DNA from: Bdellovibrio sp. 28-41-41
GTDB taxonomy: Bacteria > Bdellovibrionota > Bdellovibrionia > Bdellovibrionales > Bdellovibrionaceae
Direction of reading: 5' to 3'
NCBI GenBank assembly: GCA_002256935.1
Contig: NCGL01000004.1
Span: 11,557-75,556 of the forward strand
Length of the DNA stretch: 64,000 bases
Part shown: piece after piece, positions 43,925 through 54,353 of the stretch
How the letters are laid out: each line of letters opens with the position of its first letter
How positions within the stretch are numbered: position 1 is the first letter of the stretch
Program-made: the position numbers and the translations under genes
The notes under the pieces: generated by a model
Databases searched by the model: none
What the model saw: only the letters and a program-made list of their open reading frames with translations
Told to the model about the DNA's origin: nothing

Positions 43925-45184
43925 ATGACTGTAAAAGAAGATTTCGAGTTTTTGAACTCTGACATTTGGATAAACTACTCTCAAAAGCAGTATCGAACTC
44001 CGGACGAAATTAAATATCGTCTGACTCAAATTGGGGAAAGCCAGGCCAATTGGACCGAAATGAAATCAAAAATAGTACGGCTAAGAAAAACAGCGGCTGT
44101 GCCATTTTTTTTGAAATCAATCGACAAAAAATTCTGGTTTTATCCTGCGGATTGTATCTACCAAAAAGCGGATGAAATAGAAAAGTTAGGACTAGAGTTA
44201 TATCAAAAAATAGTAGGGCAGTCGGCCTTCTCAAAGGAATTTTTTTTAGATGCTAAAATTGAAGAGGCTATTACCTCAGCGATATATGAAGGAGCTAATA
44301 GTACGCGTGCAAAAGCAAAAGAGCTAATTGAGTCTCAGAATGCCCCTAAGGACAAAGACGAATGGATGCTGTATAACAACTATAAAGCGATGTTATGGAT
44401 ACAAGAGAACCAGAAAAAATCTGTTTCATTAGATGTAATTAGAGAGCTTCATGGAATTGTAACAAAAAACACTTTAAGCGACGACGATTTAAATTATTCT
44501 GGAAAATTCAGAAATGATAAAGTGTTTGTGATTTCTTCGGCAAGAGAAAGGAAACATGAGGGAAAAGATTCTAAACTTATTGAATCCTCACTGGCTGAAG
44601 CATTTGACGTTACAATAAAAAATACCAGGTATTTTCCCAAGCTTTTGAAGGGAATAATACTACATTATTTTACGTCTTATATACATCCATTCTTTGATGG
44701 CAATGGAAGAACAGCAAGAGCGATGTTCTATTTTAAAGCCATCAAAAATGATCTAAAATTTGTCGAACTTCTTTCAATTTCTGCATATTTAAAAGCCCAC
44801 GGAAAACAATATGAAAAATCTTTCGAAAAGGTTGTGGAAAATGATTTAGACCTAACATTTTTTATCGACTTCAATTTAGATGCTTTATTGGAGGCATTGA
44901 GAAAAGTTTCTCAGAAAGTGGAATATCTTTTGAAGATCAATGAGCTTAAGGAAAAAATTGGAATTAATGGAAATCAAGTCGGTTTATTGCAAAGACTAGC
45001 TCTAAATAATTTCAGAAAATATGACATAGAGAAATATGCTGAAAGTATCGATAGATCTAGAGAGGTCGCTAGGCAGGAATTAAAACAATTAGTAGACCTA
45101 GGTCTTTTAGCAGAAATAAAGGAAAGTAAAAAATTCGTGTATAAAATAAAAATCGACAATCTTGAAAAAATTGTATCGGAGTAA
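43925..45184 (+). CDS. Fic-domain protein (AMPylase-type) with intramolecular inhibitory motif and C-terminal wHTH-like domain
   Basis: The Fic motif is HPFFDGNGRTARAM. The upstream SAIYEG matches (S/T)xxxE(G/N). Confidence 0.9.
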   Translation: MTVKEDFEFLNSDIWINYSQKQYRTPDEIKYRLTQIGESQANWTEMKSKIVRLRKTAAVPFFLKSIDKKFWFYPADCIYQKADEIEKLGLELYQKIVGQSAFSKEFFLDAKIEEAITSAIYEGANSTRAKAKELIESQNAPKDKDEWMLYNNYKAMLWIQENQKKSVSLDVIRELHGIVTKNTLSDDDLNYSGKFRNDKVFVISSARERKHEGKDSKLIESSLAEAFDVTIKNTRYFPKLLKGIILHYFTSYIHPFFDGNGRTARAMFYFKAIKNDLKFVELLSISAYLKAHGKQYEKSFEKVVENDLDLTFFIDFNLDALLEALRKVSQKVEYLLKINELKEKIGINGNQVGLLQRLALNNFRKYDIEKYAESIDRSREVARQELKQLVDLGLLAEIKESKKFVYKIKIDNLEKIVSE

Positions 45185-45358
45185 CGCGAGTAATTTTTTA
45201 TTCCTTTACTCTTTAAAACCGGAGAGCGCTTTGCCGGGACAAAGTGGCGCCCTCTGTTTTAAAATATGACAATCTATATATCCAAAAAGCGATTGGATGG
45301 ATTTGGCAGCCTATAGACATTCCCTCTATGGGCACGGGGTTTGGATATAGAAGTTCCC

Positions 45359-47116
45359 ATGAAGTCAGGATTTATTTGGACGTTGTTGAAAACTGTACTT
45401 GGGTTATCATTGGTTTGGACATTTTCCATGGCCGATACCAGCTGCCTTGGTTTCTACAAACCCTCAAAATTGAACGAATCAAAAATTTCGCGTGAAATTC
45501 ATTTCAAAAATCTAAATCATTCTGAATACGACGTTGTGATCATCGGCGGCGGCAGTGCCGGCCTTGGATCGGCGCTCGATGCAACGACCAGGGGTCTAAA
45601 AACTCTGCTGGTGGAGGCCGATGATTTCGCTTCAGAGACTTCGAGTAAATCGACCAAACTACTCCACGGAGGTGTTCGGTACTTAGAACAGCTTTGGACT
45701 AAATTACTGACTCAGCGAGAGTGGGATCAGACGCTGTATAATTTGATCCGCGATGCTTTGAAAGAACGCAAAACTGTAATCGAGAATGCGCCTAACTTGG
45801 CTCAGCCTTTGGCTTTGCTCACTCCTATCTATAGCTGGCCAGAAGTTCCTTACTATTGGGCGGGCTTGAAAGTTTACGACTTGTTTGCCGGGAAAAAAGG
45901 GAAGCTGCCGAATAGTCATTTTATTTCAGCAGAGCAAATTAAAAAATTCTACCCACAGATTAATGCAAACGGATTAAAGGGCGGCGTTGTTTATTACGAC
46001 GGTCAATTCAATGACTCAAGACTTGCGATTGGCTTAGCTAAAACGGCTGTGGCCAACGGAGCTACTCTTTTGAACCATGCCCGTGTTGTTGGATTTGAGA
46101 AAGAGGGCGAGAAAATCGTCGGTGTGCAGGTTAAAGACATGATCTCTGGAGAAACATATACCGTAAAATCAAAAACTGTTCTGAATGCGACCGGGCCGTT
46201 TGCTGATAAACTTCGTCAGATGGATGATCCGTCCGTCCCTGCTATGATTTCTGGTGCGAGTGGAACGCATTTGGTTTTAGATAAAGAGTTTGCATTGCCA
46301 GAAGCTGGAATTTTAATTCCTAAGACATCGGATGGGCGCGTGCTGTTTGTTCTTCCCTGGGAAGGTAAAACTCTGATTGGTACAACTGATAGTAAATCAG
46401 ACGTCGTTGAAAAACCAAAAACTACCGAAGACGACATTGCTTATTTGATAAAAGAAGTCAGCCAGTATCTGAGTCAGCCGATTACTCGCGCGGATGTAAA
46501 ATCTTATTGGACTGGAATTAGGCCGCTTGTTTCAGACCCTAGTGCCAGTGATACGGCGGCGCTGGCCAGGGACCACGTTATCAATAGAAATCCTAAATCT
46601 GGTCTGATTACGCTGACTGGTGGCAAGTGGACTACCTATCGCGTGATGGGTGAACATGCTATCGATCAAGTCATGACTCAGCTAGGGCTTGATCCTAAAA
46701 TGGTAAGTTCTAAAACTGATCACTTGAAGTTAGCGGGATCAGCTAATTGGTCGTTTGATAATTATAGAAATCTAATGAATCAGTATAAACTCCCAAGTGA
46801 TATCGCGATTTATTTGAATCGCATTTATGCGGGCGAAGCGAAAAACCTTCTGGATACGTATCCGCAGGCTCACGAACGCATGTCTGAAGGTCTTCCATTC
46901 ATCTGGGCCGAAGTGTACTATGCCGTTCATTTTGAATCGGCTCGATCGATAACGGATGTGTTAGCTCGTCGAGTGAGAATGGCTACGATGGACAAACTGG
47001 AAACTAAAAGAGTGTTAGACAAAGTCGGTAAAATTTTAGCTCGTGAATTAGGCTGGTCGGAAGAACAATTAAAAGAAGACCTAGAAAAAGCTCGCGTTGA
47101 ATTTCAAATCGAATAG
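45359..47116 (+). CDS. glpD: FAD-dependent glycerol-3-phosphate dehydrogenase
   Basis: It carries DVVIIGGGSAGLGSALD and SSKSTKLLHGGVRYLEQ. An N-terminal hydrophobic extension precedes them. I preferred the ATG at 45359 over the TTG at 45341. Confidence 0.85.
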   Translation: MKSGFIWTLLKTVLGLSLVWTFSMADTSCLGFYKPSKLNESKISREIHFKNLNHSEYDVVIIGGGSAGLGSALDATTRGLKTLLVEADDFASETSSKSTKLLHGGVRYLEQLWTKLLTQREWDQTLYNLIRDALKERKTVIENAPNLAQPLALLTPIYSWPEVPYYWAGLKVYDLFAGKKGKLPNSHFISAEQIKKFYPQINANGLKGGVVYYDGQFNDSRLAIGLAKTAVANGATLLNHARVVGFEKEGEKIVGVQVKDMISGETYTVKSKTVLNATGPFADKLRQMDDPSVPAMISGASGTHLVLDKEFALPEAGILIPKTSDGRVLFVLPWEGKTLIGTTDSKSDVVEKPKTTEDDIAYLIKEVSQYLSQPITRADVKSYWTGIRPLVSDPSASDTAALARDHVINRNPKSGLITLTGGKWTTYRVMGEHAIDQVMTQLGLDPKMVSSKTDHLKLAGSANWSFDNYRNLMNQYKLPSDIAIYLNRIYAGEAKNLLDTYPQAHERMSEGLPFIWAEVYYAVHFESARSITDVLARRVRMATMDKLETKRVLDKVGKILARELGWSEEQLKEDLEKARVEFQIE

Positions 47117-47117
47117 T

Positions 47118-47786
47118 TTATTTACTTTCAATTTCATCAAAAAGTTGTGAACCCCAAGATTGTCCTGCGCTGATTGTACGGTGGATGCCATCGGATGTTT
47201 CGGCGGCTGCTGAACCTAATGTCGTGTAATTTCTGCTATCTAGAAGTGTGCAGTTTTTAGCAACCGATGTTGTGAGTGAATTGTAAAATTCATCCTGATT
47301 GTTCTGCAGTTTCGTGATGCCATTCTTTTTAGCCTTTGCCTGATCTACGCGAAGATTCGGAGGACTAATCCAAAAACATTTACTTGAGACGGCCTGCAAA
47401 TCTTTTGAAAGTTCATCATAGTTTTTATCTGCCACATGGTTATTCAAGGAATTCGTGCCCATGATCGCGATGACTTTATCCCAAGGTCCTTTAGATAAAA
47501 TGGATTGCAGTGGAATATAATTTCCACCCTCAGAGCATTTTGAAAGTTTATCGCCTTCGCCGGTACGTGACTGACAAATAAAACCTTTAGGTGCCTCACC
47601 ATGGATCCAGTGATACGGGTGACTAGAGACTCCGCAGTATAAAGAGACTCGAAAATTCTTACCTAAATAGGAATCAAACAGTGTTTTTCCGGTAGAGCCG
47701 CACGCGTGGGAATCGCCGATAATCAGAACGGACTTGGACCAACTCGTGCTAGCTAGTAAAAGTATCAAAAATAAATATCGGTTCAT
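47118..47786 (-). CDS. Secreted SGNH/GDSL-like hydrolase
   Basis: It has a signal peptide, block I VLIIGDSHACG, and a C-terminal DGIH motif. Confidence 0.5.
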   Translation of the reverse strand: MNRYLFLILLLASTSWSKSVLIIGDSHACGSTGKTLFDSYLGKNFRVSLYCGVSSHPYHWIHGEAPKGFICQSRTGEGDKLSKCSEGGNYIPLQSILSKGPWDKVIAIMGTNSLNNHVADKNYDELSKDLQAVSSKCFWISPPNLRVDQAKAKKNGITKLQNNQDEFYNSLTTSVAKNCTLLDSRNYTTLGSAAAETSDGIHRTISAGQSWGSQLFDEIESK

Positions 47787-47966
47787 GTAAGTTTAGAGAG
47801 CAAAACAAATACCGCCTTTTTTGCCTAATACGCGTATTATCTGGTAATTGCGTGGTTTTGATGGCGAATGGGTCAAAATTTGTCTACAGGGTGCTGTCTA
47901 ATTCGACCTTAGACCAAAGTCTAACGTGGAATTGAATCTGAGGCTTTAAATGCTAAGCTTTCGTTT

Positions 47967-48707
47967 ATGGATATTGAAACTTATCGACAACGTCGCGAAG
48001 AACAAGAAAAAAATACCGCGAAATATCGCGAGTTATGTTGGGACTGTCGTCAGCCCACAGTGGGGTGTTATTGTTCGACCATCAAAATGTTTGACCCAAA
48101 GATTAAGTTTATTGTTCTAATCCATCCTGTGGAAGAGCGTCGTAGAATTGCTACAGGTCGTATGAGTCATCAGTGTTTGATAAATTCTGAACTGATTGCA
48201 GGACAAGATTATTCTCATAATAAGCGCGTGAATGATATCATCGATAATCCCGAGTATTCATCTGTGATTCTATATCCAGGAAGAAATTCGGTAAACTTGA
48301 CGGCCGATCGAGGTTTGCTATCACAAGCAGCGAATAGAGTTTTTCTTCCTAATAAAACCCCGGTTGTTTTTGTAATTGATGGAACGTGGGCCACAGCTGG
48401 GAAAATGGTTCGTCAAAGTTCTAATTTAAGTCATCTGCCGCGTATTTGTTTTACTCCGCCAGCACCCTCACAGTTTCGCGTGCGTAAACAGCCTAAGCCC
48501 GAGTGCTATTCTACGATTGAGGCTATCCATCATACAATTGAATTGCTGGGCGAGAAGGTTGGTTTTCCAACACAAGATCGAAAGCACGATAATTTGTTAG
48601 AAGTTTTTAATAAGCTAGTAGAGACGCAAATTCAATTTGTACAAGAAGCTTACGATAGTCCTCGAAGTACTTCGTATCGTAGACCTAAAAATCGACTACC
48701 GTCATGA
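47967..48707 (+). CDS. DTW-domain protein (tRNA-uridine aminocarboxypropyltransferase family)
   Basis: The N-terminal Cys cluster is CWDCRQPTVGCYC. The DTW motif is VIDGTWATAGKM. Confidence 0.75.
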   Translation: MDIETYRQRREEQEKNTAKYRELCWDCRQPTVGCYCSTIKMFDPKIKFIVLIHPVEERRRIATGRMSHQCLINSELIAGQDYSHNKRVNDIIDNPEYSSVILYPGRNSVNLTADRGLLSQAANRVFLPNKTPVVFVIDGTWATAGKMVRQSSNLSHLPRICFTPPAPSQFRVRKQPKPECYSTIEAIHHTIELLGEKVGFPTQDRKHDNLLEVFNKLVETQIQFVQEAYDSPRSTSYRRPKNRLPS

Positions 48708-49174
48708 TAAGCAAAATTGAGCTCTTCAAAAAATTGAAAATTGAAATTGATCGTCAATTACAATTAGCGGTCGAGACCGTTCAAGTGACTTTAGATGTAG
48801 CCACTCACGAAGAGAACAAACCTGAAAATAAGTACGATACGCGCGGTTTAGAGGCTTCGTATTTGGCGCGTGCACAGTCTGAACGCGTTCTAGATTTAAA
48901 AGACGTGAAGATCGTCATAGATAGTTTGAAGCTGCGTGATTTCAGTCAGGGGCAACCCATTGCGATTTCTGCTTTGATTCAACTTGAGACGAAGGGGAAA
49001 ACTCTGTGGGTGTTGTTGCTTCCAAAGGGCGGCGGGCAGAGTCTTGAACACGAGGGCCTATCTATAAAGATCATCACACCCGAGAGTCCCATGGGGGCTC
49101 AACTCGTGGGTAAATCTGTGGACGATTCTATCCATATTAAGGATATTAAGTACGATATCATTCAAGTGCAATAA
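48704..49174 (+). CDS. GreA/GreB C-terminal-domain-like protein (Rnk-like)
   Basis: The C-terminal PESPMGAQLVGKSVDDSIHI resembles the Gre FKBP-like domain. An ATGA overlap links it to the neighbouring gene. Confidence 0.5.
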   Translation: MISKIELFKKLKIEIDRQLQLAVETVQVTLDVATHEENKPENKYDTRGLEASYLARAQSERVLDLKDVKIVIDSLKLRDFSQGQPIAISALIQLETKGKTLWVLLLPKGGGQSLEHEGLSIKIITPESPMGAQLVGKSVDDSIHIKDIKYDIIQVQ

Positions 49175-49308
49175 AGCCGTATCAATTAGAAACGTCTCAT
49201 TTTGACTGTCGAATAATTATTTATCATGCGTAAGAAAACTATATAGTGTAGGTTCGACGTCACGCTGAACTCGAATCTACACCATGGTTTTGAACTTGCA
49301 CTACCTCT

Positions 49309-49554
49309 ATGTACTTCTATGAAGGGGGTTTGAGAGTGAAACATATTAACCATAAGAACGACTGGTTAACTTACGAATTTAAACCATATTTCTTATTTGC
49401 ACTTGGCTTGTTGAGTGTAATTTTGAAATCGAATGTTAATTTATCATCAGGAAGCAGTTTTATTGCATTCGTGTCTATCGCGACTTTATTTCTTTCGGGC
49501 GCCTACATTTTGATGGTTCGCTCTGACTACAGAATAAAAGCTTCACGTAAATAG
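49309..49554 (+). CDS. Small membrane protein (weak)
   Basis: An 81-aa ORF with two hydrophobic helices. Confidence 0.3.
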   Translation: MYFYEGGLRVKHINHKNDWLTYEFKPYFLFALGLLSVILKSNVNLSSGSSFIAFVSIATLFLSGAYILMVRSDYRIKASRK

Positions 49555-49673
49555 TTAATTCAACTCAAACTCGTTCTCTTTACAGAACCACCACCAGGGT
49601 GGTTCTTCTTTTTGTACCCGCCTCAATCCATCTCTGGCCACAAAGAGTCGCCAGAGATGTTGGTTGAATAGGA

Positions 49674-50378
49674 TTACATTAATTTATTTTGAGTTTTTGC
49701 TTTTGATTTGTCTGTTGGAGGCAACTGATCAGAAGACGAATCTTCCGTATTCGGGATGCTGCCTGTTTTTTCTGATCTATCGGCAAATGTAGATGATTGA
49801 ATACGAATTTCGTTTCTGACATCTTTTACGCCGATGATGTTGTCCACGCAGTCTTCTGCTAAGCGTTTCATGCGACGCTCGCTCACTGTGCCTGATAAAA
49901 TCACTTCACCATCATATACATTAACTTCGATTTCGCTCGCGTCTACGGCGTGATCATGGAAAAGCGCCTCTGAAACTTCTTCGCGAATTCGATCGTCAGA
50001 ACGTTTGAAACCTTTAGGGCCTTTACCAAAATGACTGCTAGATTGTGGGACTTCATCGTTACGAACTGGTTGAGACCAGCTTTGTGATGAATTTTGTCCA
50101 TACGGAGTTGGGCCGTAGGAAGAACTTTGCCCTTGAGATTGGTGTAAATAATCAGAACGGTTAGCGTTTCTTTGATTTGGATATTCATTCTCGCGCTGTT
50201 GTGACTGAAAATCTTCATTACGAGGATGAAATGAATTTTGTTCCGGGAAGTAGCGATCATAATCTTGATCTTGAAATTGTTTTTTGTTGTCTTCAGCGGC
50301 ATAGTTTCTGTGATTTGCTTGCTGATTTGATTGTTGACGATAGTTTTCTCTGTTCATTCCGTGTCGTCTGTTATGCAT
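49674..50378 (-). CDS. BON-domain protein with long Q/N/S-rich N-terminal region
   Basis: The ATG at 50378 follows an AAGGAG SD. The BON-like C-terminus is IEVNVYDGEVILSGTVSERRMKRLAEDCVDNIIGVKDVRNEIRI. Confidence 0.65.
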   Translation of the reverse strand: MHNRRHGMNRENYRQQSNQQANHRNYAAEDNKKQFQDQDYDRYFPEQNSFHPRNEDFQSQQRENEYPNQRNANRSDYLHQSQGQSSSYGPTPYGQNSSQSWSQPVRNDEVPQSSSHFGKGPKGFKRSDDRIREEVSEALFHDHAVDASEIEVNVYDGEVILSGTVSERRMKRLAEDCVDNIIGVKDVRNEIRIQSSTFADRSEKTGSIPNTEDSSSDQLPPTDKSKAKTQNKLM

Positions 50379-50647
50379 AAAATGCTCCTTTTTATTGTGC
50401 ATAAACTGCAATATACTGACCAAGGTAGGTTGACTGCAAAATTACTTAAGCAACTAATTGAACAACCAACAGCGAGATTTTATATACGGTGTTGAGGAAA
50501 CTTGCCTCAAAATGATGGGTATGTCAGGGCTAAATTGACTCAGTTTGATTCTATTGTTTATGCCATTGGTGGAACACTTTTGGTAGGGGCCGCATTGGCA
50601 TTTAAGTTACTTCGTTCTTGATCAAAACAATCAGCTATTGCTAAATA

Positions 50648-51577
50648 GTGTCTGTGAATTCATCTAACCTACATGTCTTTGTCGCATCAGAAAAATACGA
50701 ATCCGATTTATTGGATGAGATCAAGTATCGCGGAAATCTTGAAATAGTAAAAAAAGAAAATGGAATCATTTGGGCAAAAGGACCAAAGCAAGCCCTTTGG
50801 TGGCCGCAATGGCAGCTGTGGAATATTCAAACACTGCCAATCGAATCCATTTCGCAAGCTTCGAAAATATTAAAGAGTCATGGCAAGTACTGGATCAACT
50901 TGGACTACAAACTTCATCGTCGTTCATCGTTAATTCAGGAAGGCATAGTCAAAGTTAAAATTCCCCAAGTTAAACGCGGTCATATATCTGATCTGATTAA
51001 ATGCGGTGCTTGGTTTTTAGAAGACGCGAACCAAATTAGCTTTACCGATGATATTAGTATTCCATTTAAGAATGGAATACCCGCTGTCCCTGAAGACAAG
51101 TCGGCTCCGTCGCGGGCCTTTCAAAAGCTTGACGAGGTCTTTGCACGAATAGGTCGATTTCCTTCAAAAGACGAGAAAGTCATGGATCTAGGCAGTCATC
51201 CTGGTGGATGGACTTGGGTTCTGTCCCATTTAGCTAAAAGTGTGGTGAGCGTGGATACTGTGGCTTTGGATACCAAAGTTGGAATGCAGAAGAACGTCGA
51301 GTTTATAAAGAAAGACGCATTCAAATTGTCACCAACAGAGATTGGCAAGTTAGATTGGTTTTTTAGCGACATTATTTGCGAGCCAGAACGATTGTATAGC
51401 TTGGTCAATGAATGGCGTGATTTGGGTCTTGTGAAAAACTTTATTTGCACTATTAAATTTAAGGGTACAGTTGATTTTGACGTATTAAAAAAATTTCAGA
51501 ACATTCCTAATTCTGAGATATTTCATCTGAATGCAAACAAGCATGAACTAACATGGACCTGCTTAGATAAAAATTAG
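50648..51577 (+). CDS. RlmM-like rRNA 2'-O-ribose methyltransferase
   Basis: PSRAFQKLDEVF, VMDLGSHPGGWTWVL, WFFSDIICEP and ICTIKFKG parallel the RlmM/FtsJ-like motifs. The start codon is GTG. Confidence 0.65.
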   Translation: MSVNSSNLHVFVASEKYESDLLDEIKYRGNLEIVKKENGIIWAKGPKQALWWPQWQLWNIQTLPIESISQASKILKSHGKYWINLDYKLHRRSSLIQEGIVKVKIPQVKRGHISDLIKCGAWFLEDANQISFTDDISIPFKNGIPAVPEDKSAPSRAFQKLDEVFARIGRFPSKDEKVMDLGSHPGGWTWVLSHLAKSVVSVDTVALDTKVGMQKNVEFIKKDAFKLSPTEIGKLDWFFSDIICEPERLYSLVNEWRDLGLVKNFICTIKFKGTVDFDVLKKFQNIPNSEIFHLNANKHELTWTCLDKN

Positions 51578-51759
51578 TAGCCCGAGGTATAGATTCCAAC
51601 ACCATAAATATTTCCAGAACCTGTTCTTGTGAAATATTTTAACTCCTGAAGTAGAGTTATATAATTAACGTTTCATCAAAAAGTGGTTAAGACTTTAGTA
51701 TACAGCTAGAAAAAAGTTATACAGAAACAGAATGATTTTGGACGTATCAAAAAGAGTCA

Positions 51760-52770
51760 CTACCTAGAAAACTGTTTCAACCAAAGATTCAAAGAAAGTG
51801 AATAATTAAATTTTTTACGCTCCAATAGATCAGATAAAAACATGTAATTCGCAATGTGAGAGTGGTTTTCAGAGTATTTAACACAAGAAATTTGATCCTT
51901 GTTTTTTTCAGCACGCGCCAAAATCTGGTGCGTTGGCAGACGGGATCTTATTTTATTATATGTTTTGGAATCCAAAGCTACGCAGGATTGTAAATCACCT
52001 AGGTCACTTTCAATAAAGTACTGCATCGGGATGGAATGCTGACGACGATACGAATTTGATTTCGGCGACAATTTTATTTGCTCAAGATCTATTTTAAAAC
52101 TTACATTGTTTAGCTTCGCCAAAGTTACCAAAGAATTATAAATGCCATCACTTGTATCCATTGACGCTTTAAAATATTTTCGAAATTTGTGAGTCACTTT
52201 CCAATTCGGTGATGGTCTGAATTGTAGTTCCCATTTATTTCGAGATTGATGCTTTAGATAGTCATAAGCCAGTGCCGGCCCAGTGCCTAAAAAATTTCCA
52301 AATAAAATAACAAGGTCGCCAGGTTTAATTCCAAGCCGAGTTAACGGTCGTGTCGATCCTTGTCCAAGAATCGTCGTCGTTAATACCGTTTGGCTGGATG
52401 AGCCAGAGTCACCGCCAAGCAATGGAATATCAAACGTCTTTAAGGCTTTAGAAACGGCAGCGTAGACCCGAGTTTTCACACGTCCACTATGGGCGTTTTT
52501 CCACTGCGCGGAAATCAGCATCCCAATCGGCTTTGCCCCCGAAGCCGCTAGATCGGAAACAGAATTGGCTACAGCAAGGTAACCCCAAGTTTCTGGCTGT
52601 TTATACAAACCAGAATGAATTTCCACCGCCAACGAGTCCGTAGAACTGGCCAAAAACAGGTCTTTTTTAATTCGCACCACTTCCGTATCGCTCGTATTGA
52701 ACGAATTCAGCTGCCGAGGATTGCGGGGACTTGATCGATAGAGTTTTTTAAGGCCGTCATATTCGTTCAC
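51760..52770 (-). CDS. AIR-synthase-related protein, thiamine-monophosphate kinase-like
   Basis: It carries STDSLAVEIH, ANSVSDLAASGAKPIGMLIS, PLLGGDSG and GIKPGDLVILFG. Confidence 0.55.
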   Translation of the reverse strand: MNEYDGLKKLYRSSPRNPRQLNSFNTSDTEVVRIKKDLFLASSTDSLAVEIHSGLYKQPETWGYLAVANSVSDLAASGAKPIGMLISAQWKNAHSGRVKTRVYAAVSKALKTFDIPLLGGDSGSSSQTVLTTTILGQGSTRPLTRLGIKPGDLVILFGNFLGTGPALAYDYLKHQSRNKWELQFRPSPNWKVTHKFRKYFKASMDTSDGIYNSLVTLAKLNNVSFKIDLEQIKLSPKSNSYRRQHSIPMQYFIESDLGDLQSCVALDSKTYNKIRSRLPTHQILARAEKNKDQISCVKYSENHSHIANYMFLSDLLERKKFNYSLSLNLWLKQFSR

Positions 52771-52874
52771 GCGCTCATTTTATGACCATCGTTATGTAAA
52801 CGGTCAACTACGCATATGGCCAAGTGGTTCTACGAATAGTTGTATCGAGCTCGCGAACCGTTTAATTTAGGGGC

Positions 52875-53717
52875 ATGAAAACGACCATTTTAGTACTCTC
52901 TATGCTTCTTTTTGTGGGTTGCGCGACATCTCCGAAAAAACCAAAAGTTTCTTTAGATAAAATGCAAAAAGAAAATATGAATGTTGAAAAAGACGTCAAG
53001 ACAGCGATGCCAGCTGAAGGTTTAAAAGCCAATCAGAATGAAAAAATTGCGTTCTTGAATATTCATGATTTTCCAGACAGTGCCTTGTTATCTGCAAAAG
53101 CGAAAATGAATCCACCGGATATGGCTCTCGATGAAGCTAAATCGTTGCAAATGGATCGATCAGAAATTTTGCGCCAAGCCCTGGTTACGTTTTGTGATGA
53201 CTGCCAAAAATTTGAAGTGTTGTTACCGATCGAAAAATTATCAGAAAATCAGTTCAACTTTTTCTTTGATAAAATTTTCTTGCGCCAAGAAGTAAGCTTA
53301 TCGGAAATCTCGGAACTAACAGGCGAACTTGCGGCATATGATAAACTAGTTTTGATTTTAAGTTCTGAAGACTACGAGAAAAATCGTGGTCAAAGCAAAG
53401 ATAATGACGTAATTGCGATCACAGAAGCATTTATTAAATCTGAAGTTTATGTTTTTGATCTGAAAAAGAAAACTACCCTAGCGCGCATGAATATCAACCT
53501 TTCTAACAAAGATTACTTGTTCTATGTTAAAAAAGATTCTGCGGATAAATTACCTGCGAATTCTTTAAAAGAAGTTAAGGAAAATACAATTAAGACTTTG
53601 TTGAACGATGTTCGCTACGATGATGTTTATCCCTATCCGATTATGTCTGAATCATTGACATTGTTTCACTATTTCTACAATGAATTATGTAAATCTCTTT
53701 TTATGGATGCCGGATGA
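52875..53717 (+). CDS. Lipoprotein, unknown function
   Basis: It has a signal peptide and the lipobox LFVGC. Confidence 0.5.
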   Translation: MKTTILVLSMLLFVGCATSPKKPKVSLDKMQKENMNVEKDVKTAMPAEGLKANQNEKIAFLNIHDFPDSALLSAKAKMNPPDMALDEAKSLQMDRSEILRQALVTFCDDCQKFEVLLPIEKLSENQFNFFFDKIFLRQEVSLSEISELTGELAAYDKLVLILSSEDYEKNRGQSKDNDVIAITEAFIKSEVYVFDLKKKTTLARMNINLSNKDYLFYVKKDSADKLPANSLKEVKENTIKTLLNDVRYDDVYPYPIMSESLTLFHYFYNELCKSLFMDAG

Positions 53718-54352
53718 AAAACTTAGATGATCTTTTAAATGTAGCTGCTGAACGTCGTGATACTGATTGGGAAAATCAGTTCTTTGTTCAATTCACAAAC
53801 AGCACAGTAAATATCTTGTCCCCAGATCCACAAGTAGGCCCAGATAACTGGCCATATCTTTTAGTTGAATCTGATGTGGATGCTAAAGAATCAGTGCAAA
53901 AAATACTTCATTGGTTGCACGACAAGGGCATTGGCTTGGTATTAAACCCGACTGAAGAATATCCTGATTATGTTTTCACATATGGAATGATTTGGCATTT
54001 TAAAGAAACTGGTTTGTTTTACAAAACGATTGATCAAATTAAACCGGAAGTCGTTGAAATTCAAAAAAATGCCTCGATTTACTATGGACAACCGTCTGAA
54101 TCATTCATGCCGACATACGTAAGAAAGATACTATTAGATTTTTTCCGTGATCAGGGTTTACTAGGTGTGAAAATCAATTTGCTATCGGACGATAACAAAA
54201 ATTTCGATTTATGTTTTTCTTTAGAATCGCTAGGAAATCCACCGACAAAAGAACATCAGGGGATTGCCGAGGCGATCAGTTGGTTTCTGCCGCCTCATTA
54301 TTCTATAGTATTGATCAGCGAAACAGGCTTGCCGCCATTTGGTGCTCTGTAG
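53714..54352 (+). CDS. Hypothetical protein
   Basis: A 212-aa ORF with an ATGA overlap to the upstream gene. No motif was recognised. Confidence 0.5.
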   Translation: MKNLDDLLNVAAERRDTDWENQFFVQFTNSTVNILSPDPQVGPDNWPYLLVESDVDAKESVQKILHWLHDKGIGLVLNPTEEYPDYVFTYGMIWHFKETGLFYKTIDQIKPEVVEIQKNASIYYGQPSESFMPTYVRKILLDFFRDQGLLGVKINLLSDDNKNFDLCFSLESLGNPPTKEHQGIAEAISWFLPPHYSIVLISETGLPPFGAL

Positions 54353-54353
54353 C

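Noticed and set aside
45244-45495. An 83-aa ORF overlapping the glpD start, and the TTG start for glpD at 45341.
   Set aside because: The ORF is out of frame with the strongly supported glpD. I preferred the ATG at 45359, although the N-terminal extension remains uncertain.
49246-49285. A 12-bp hairpin GTGTAGGTTCGA..TCGAATCTACAC followed by CA, which looks like split tRNA T-arm halves ending in CCA.
   Set aside because: There is no acceptor-stem complement and no other tRNA features. It is more simply a terminator-like hairpin after the Gre-like gene. I did not call it as a feature because the T-run is weak.
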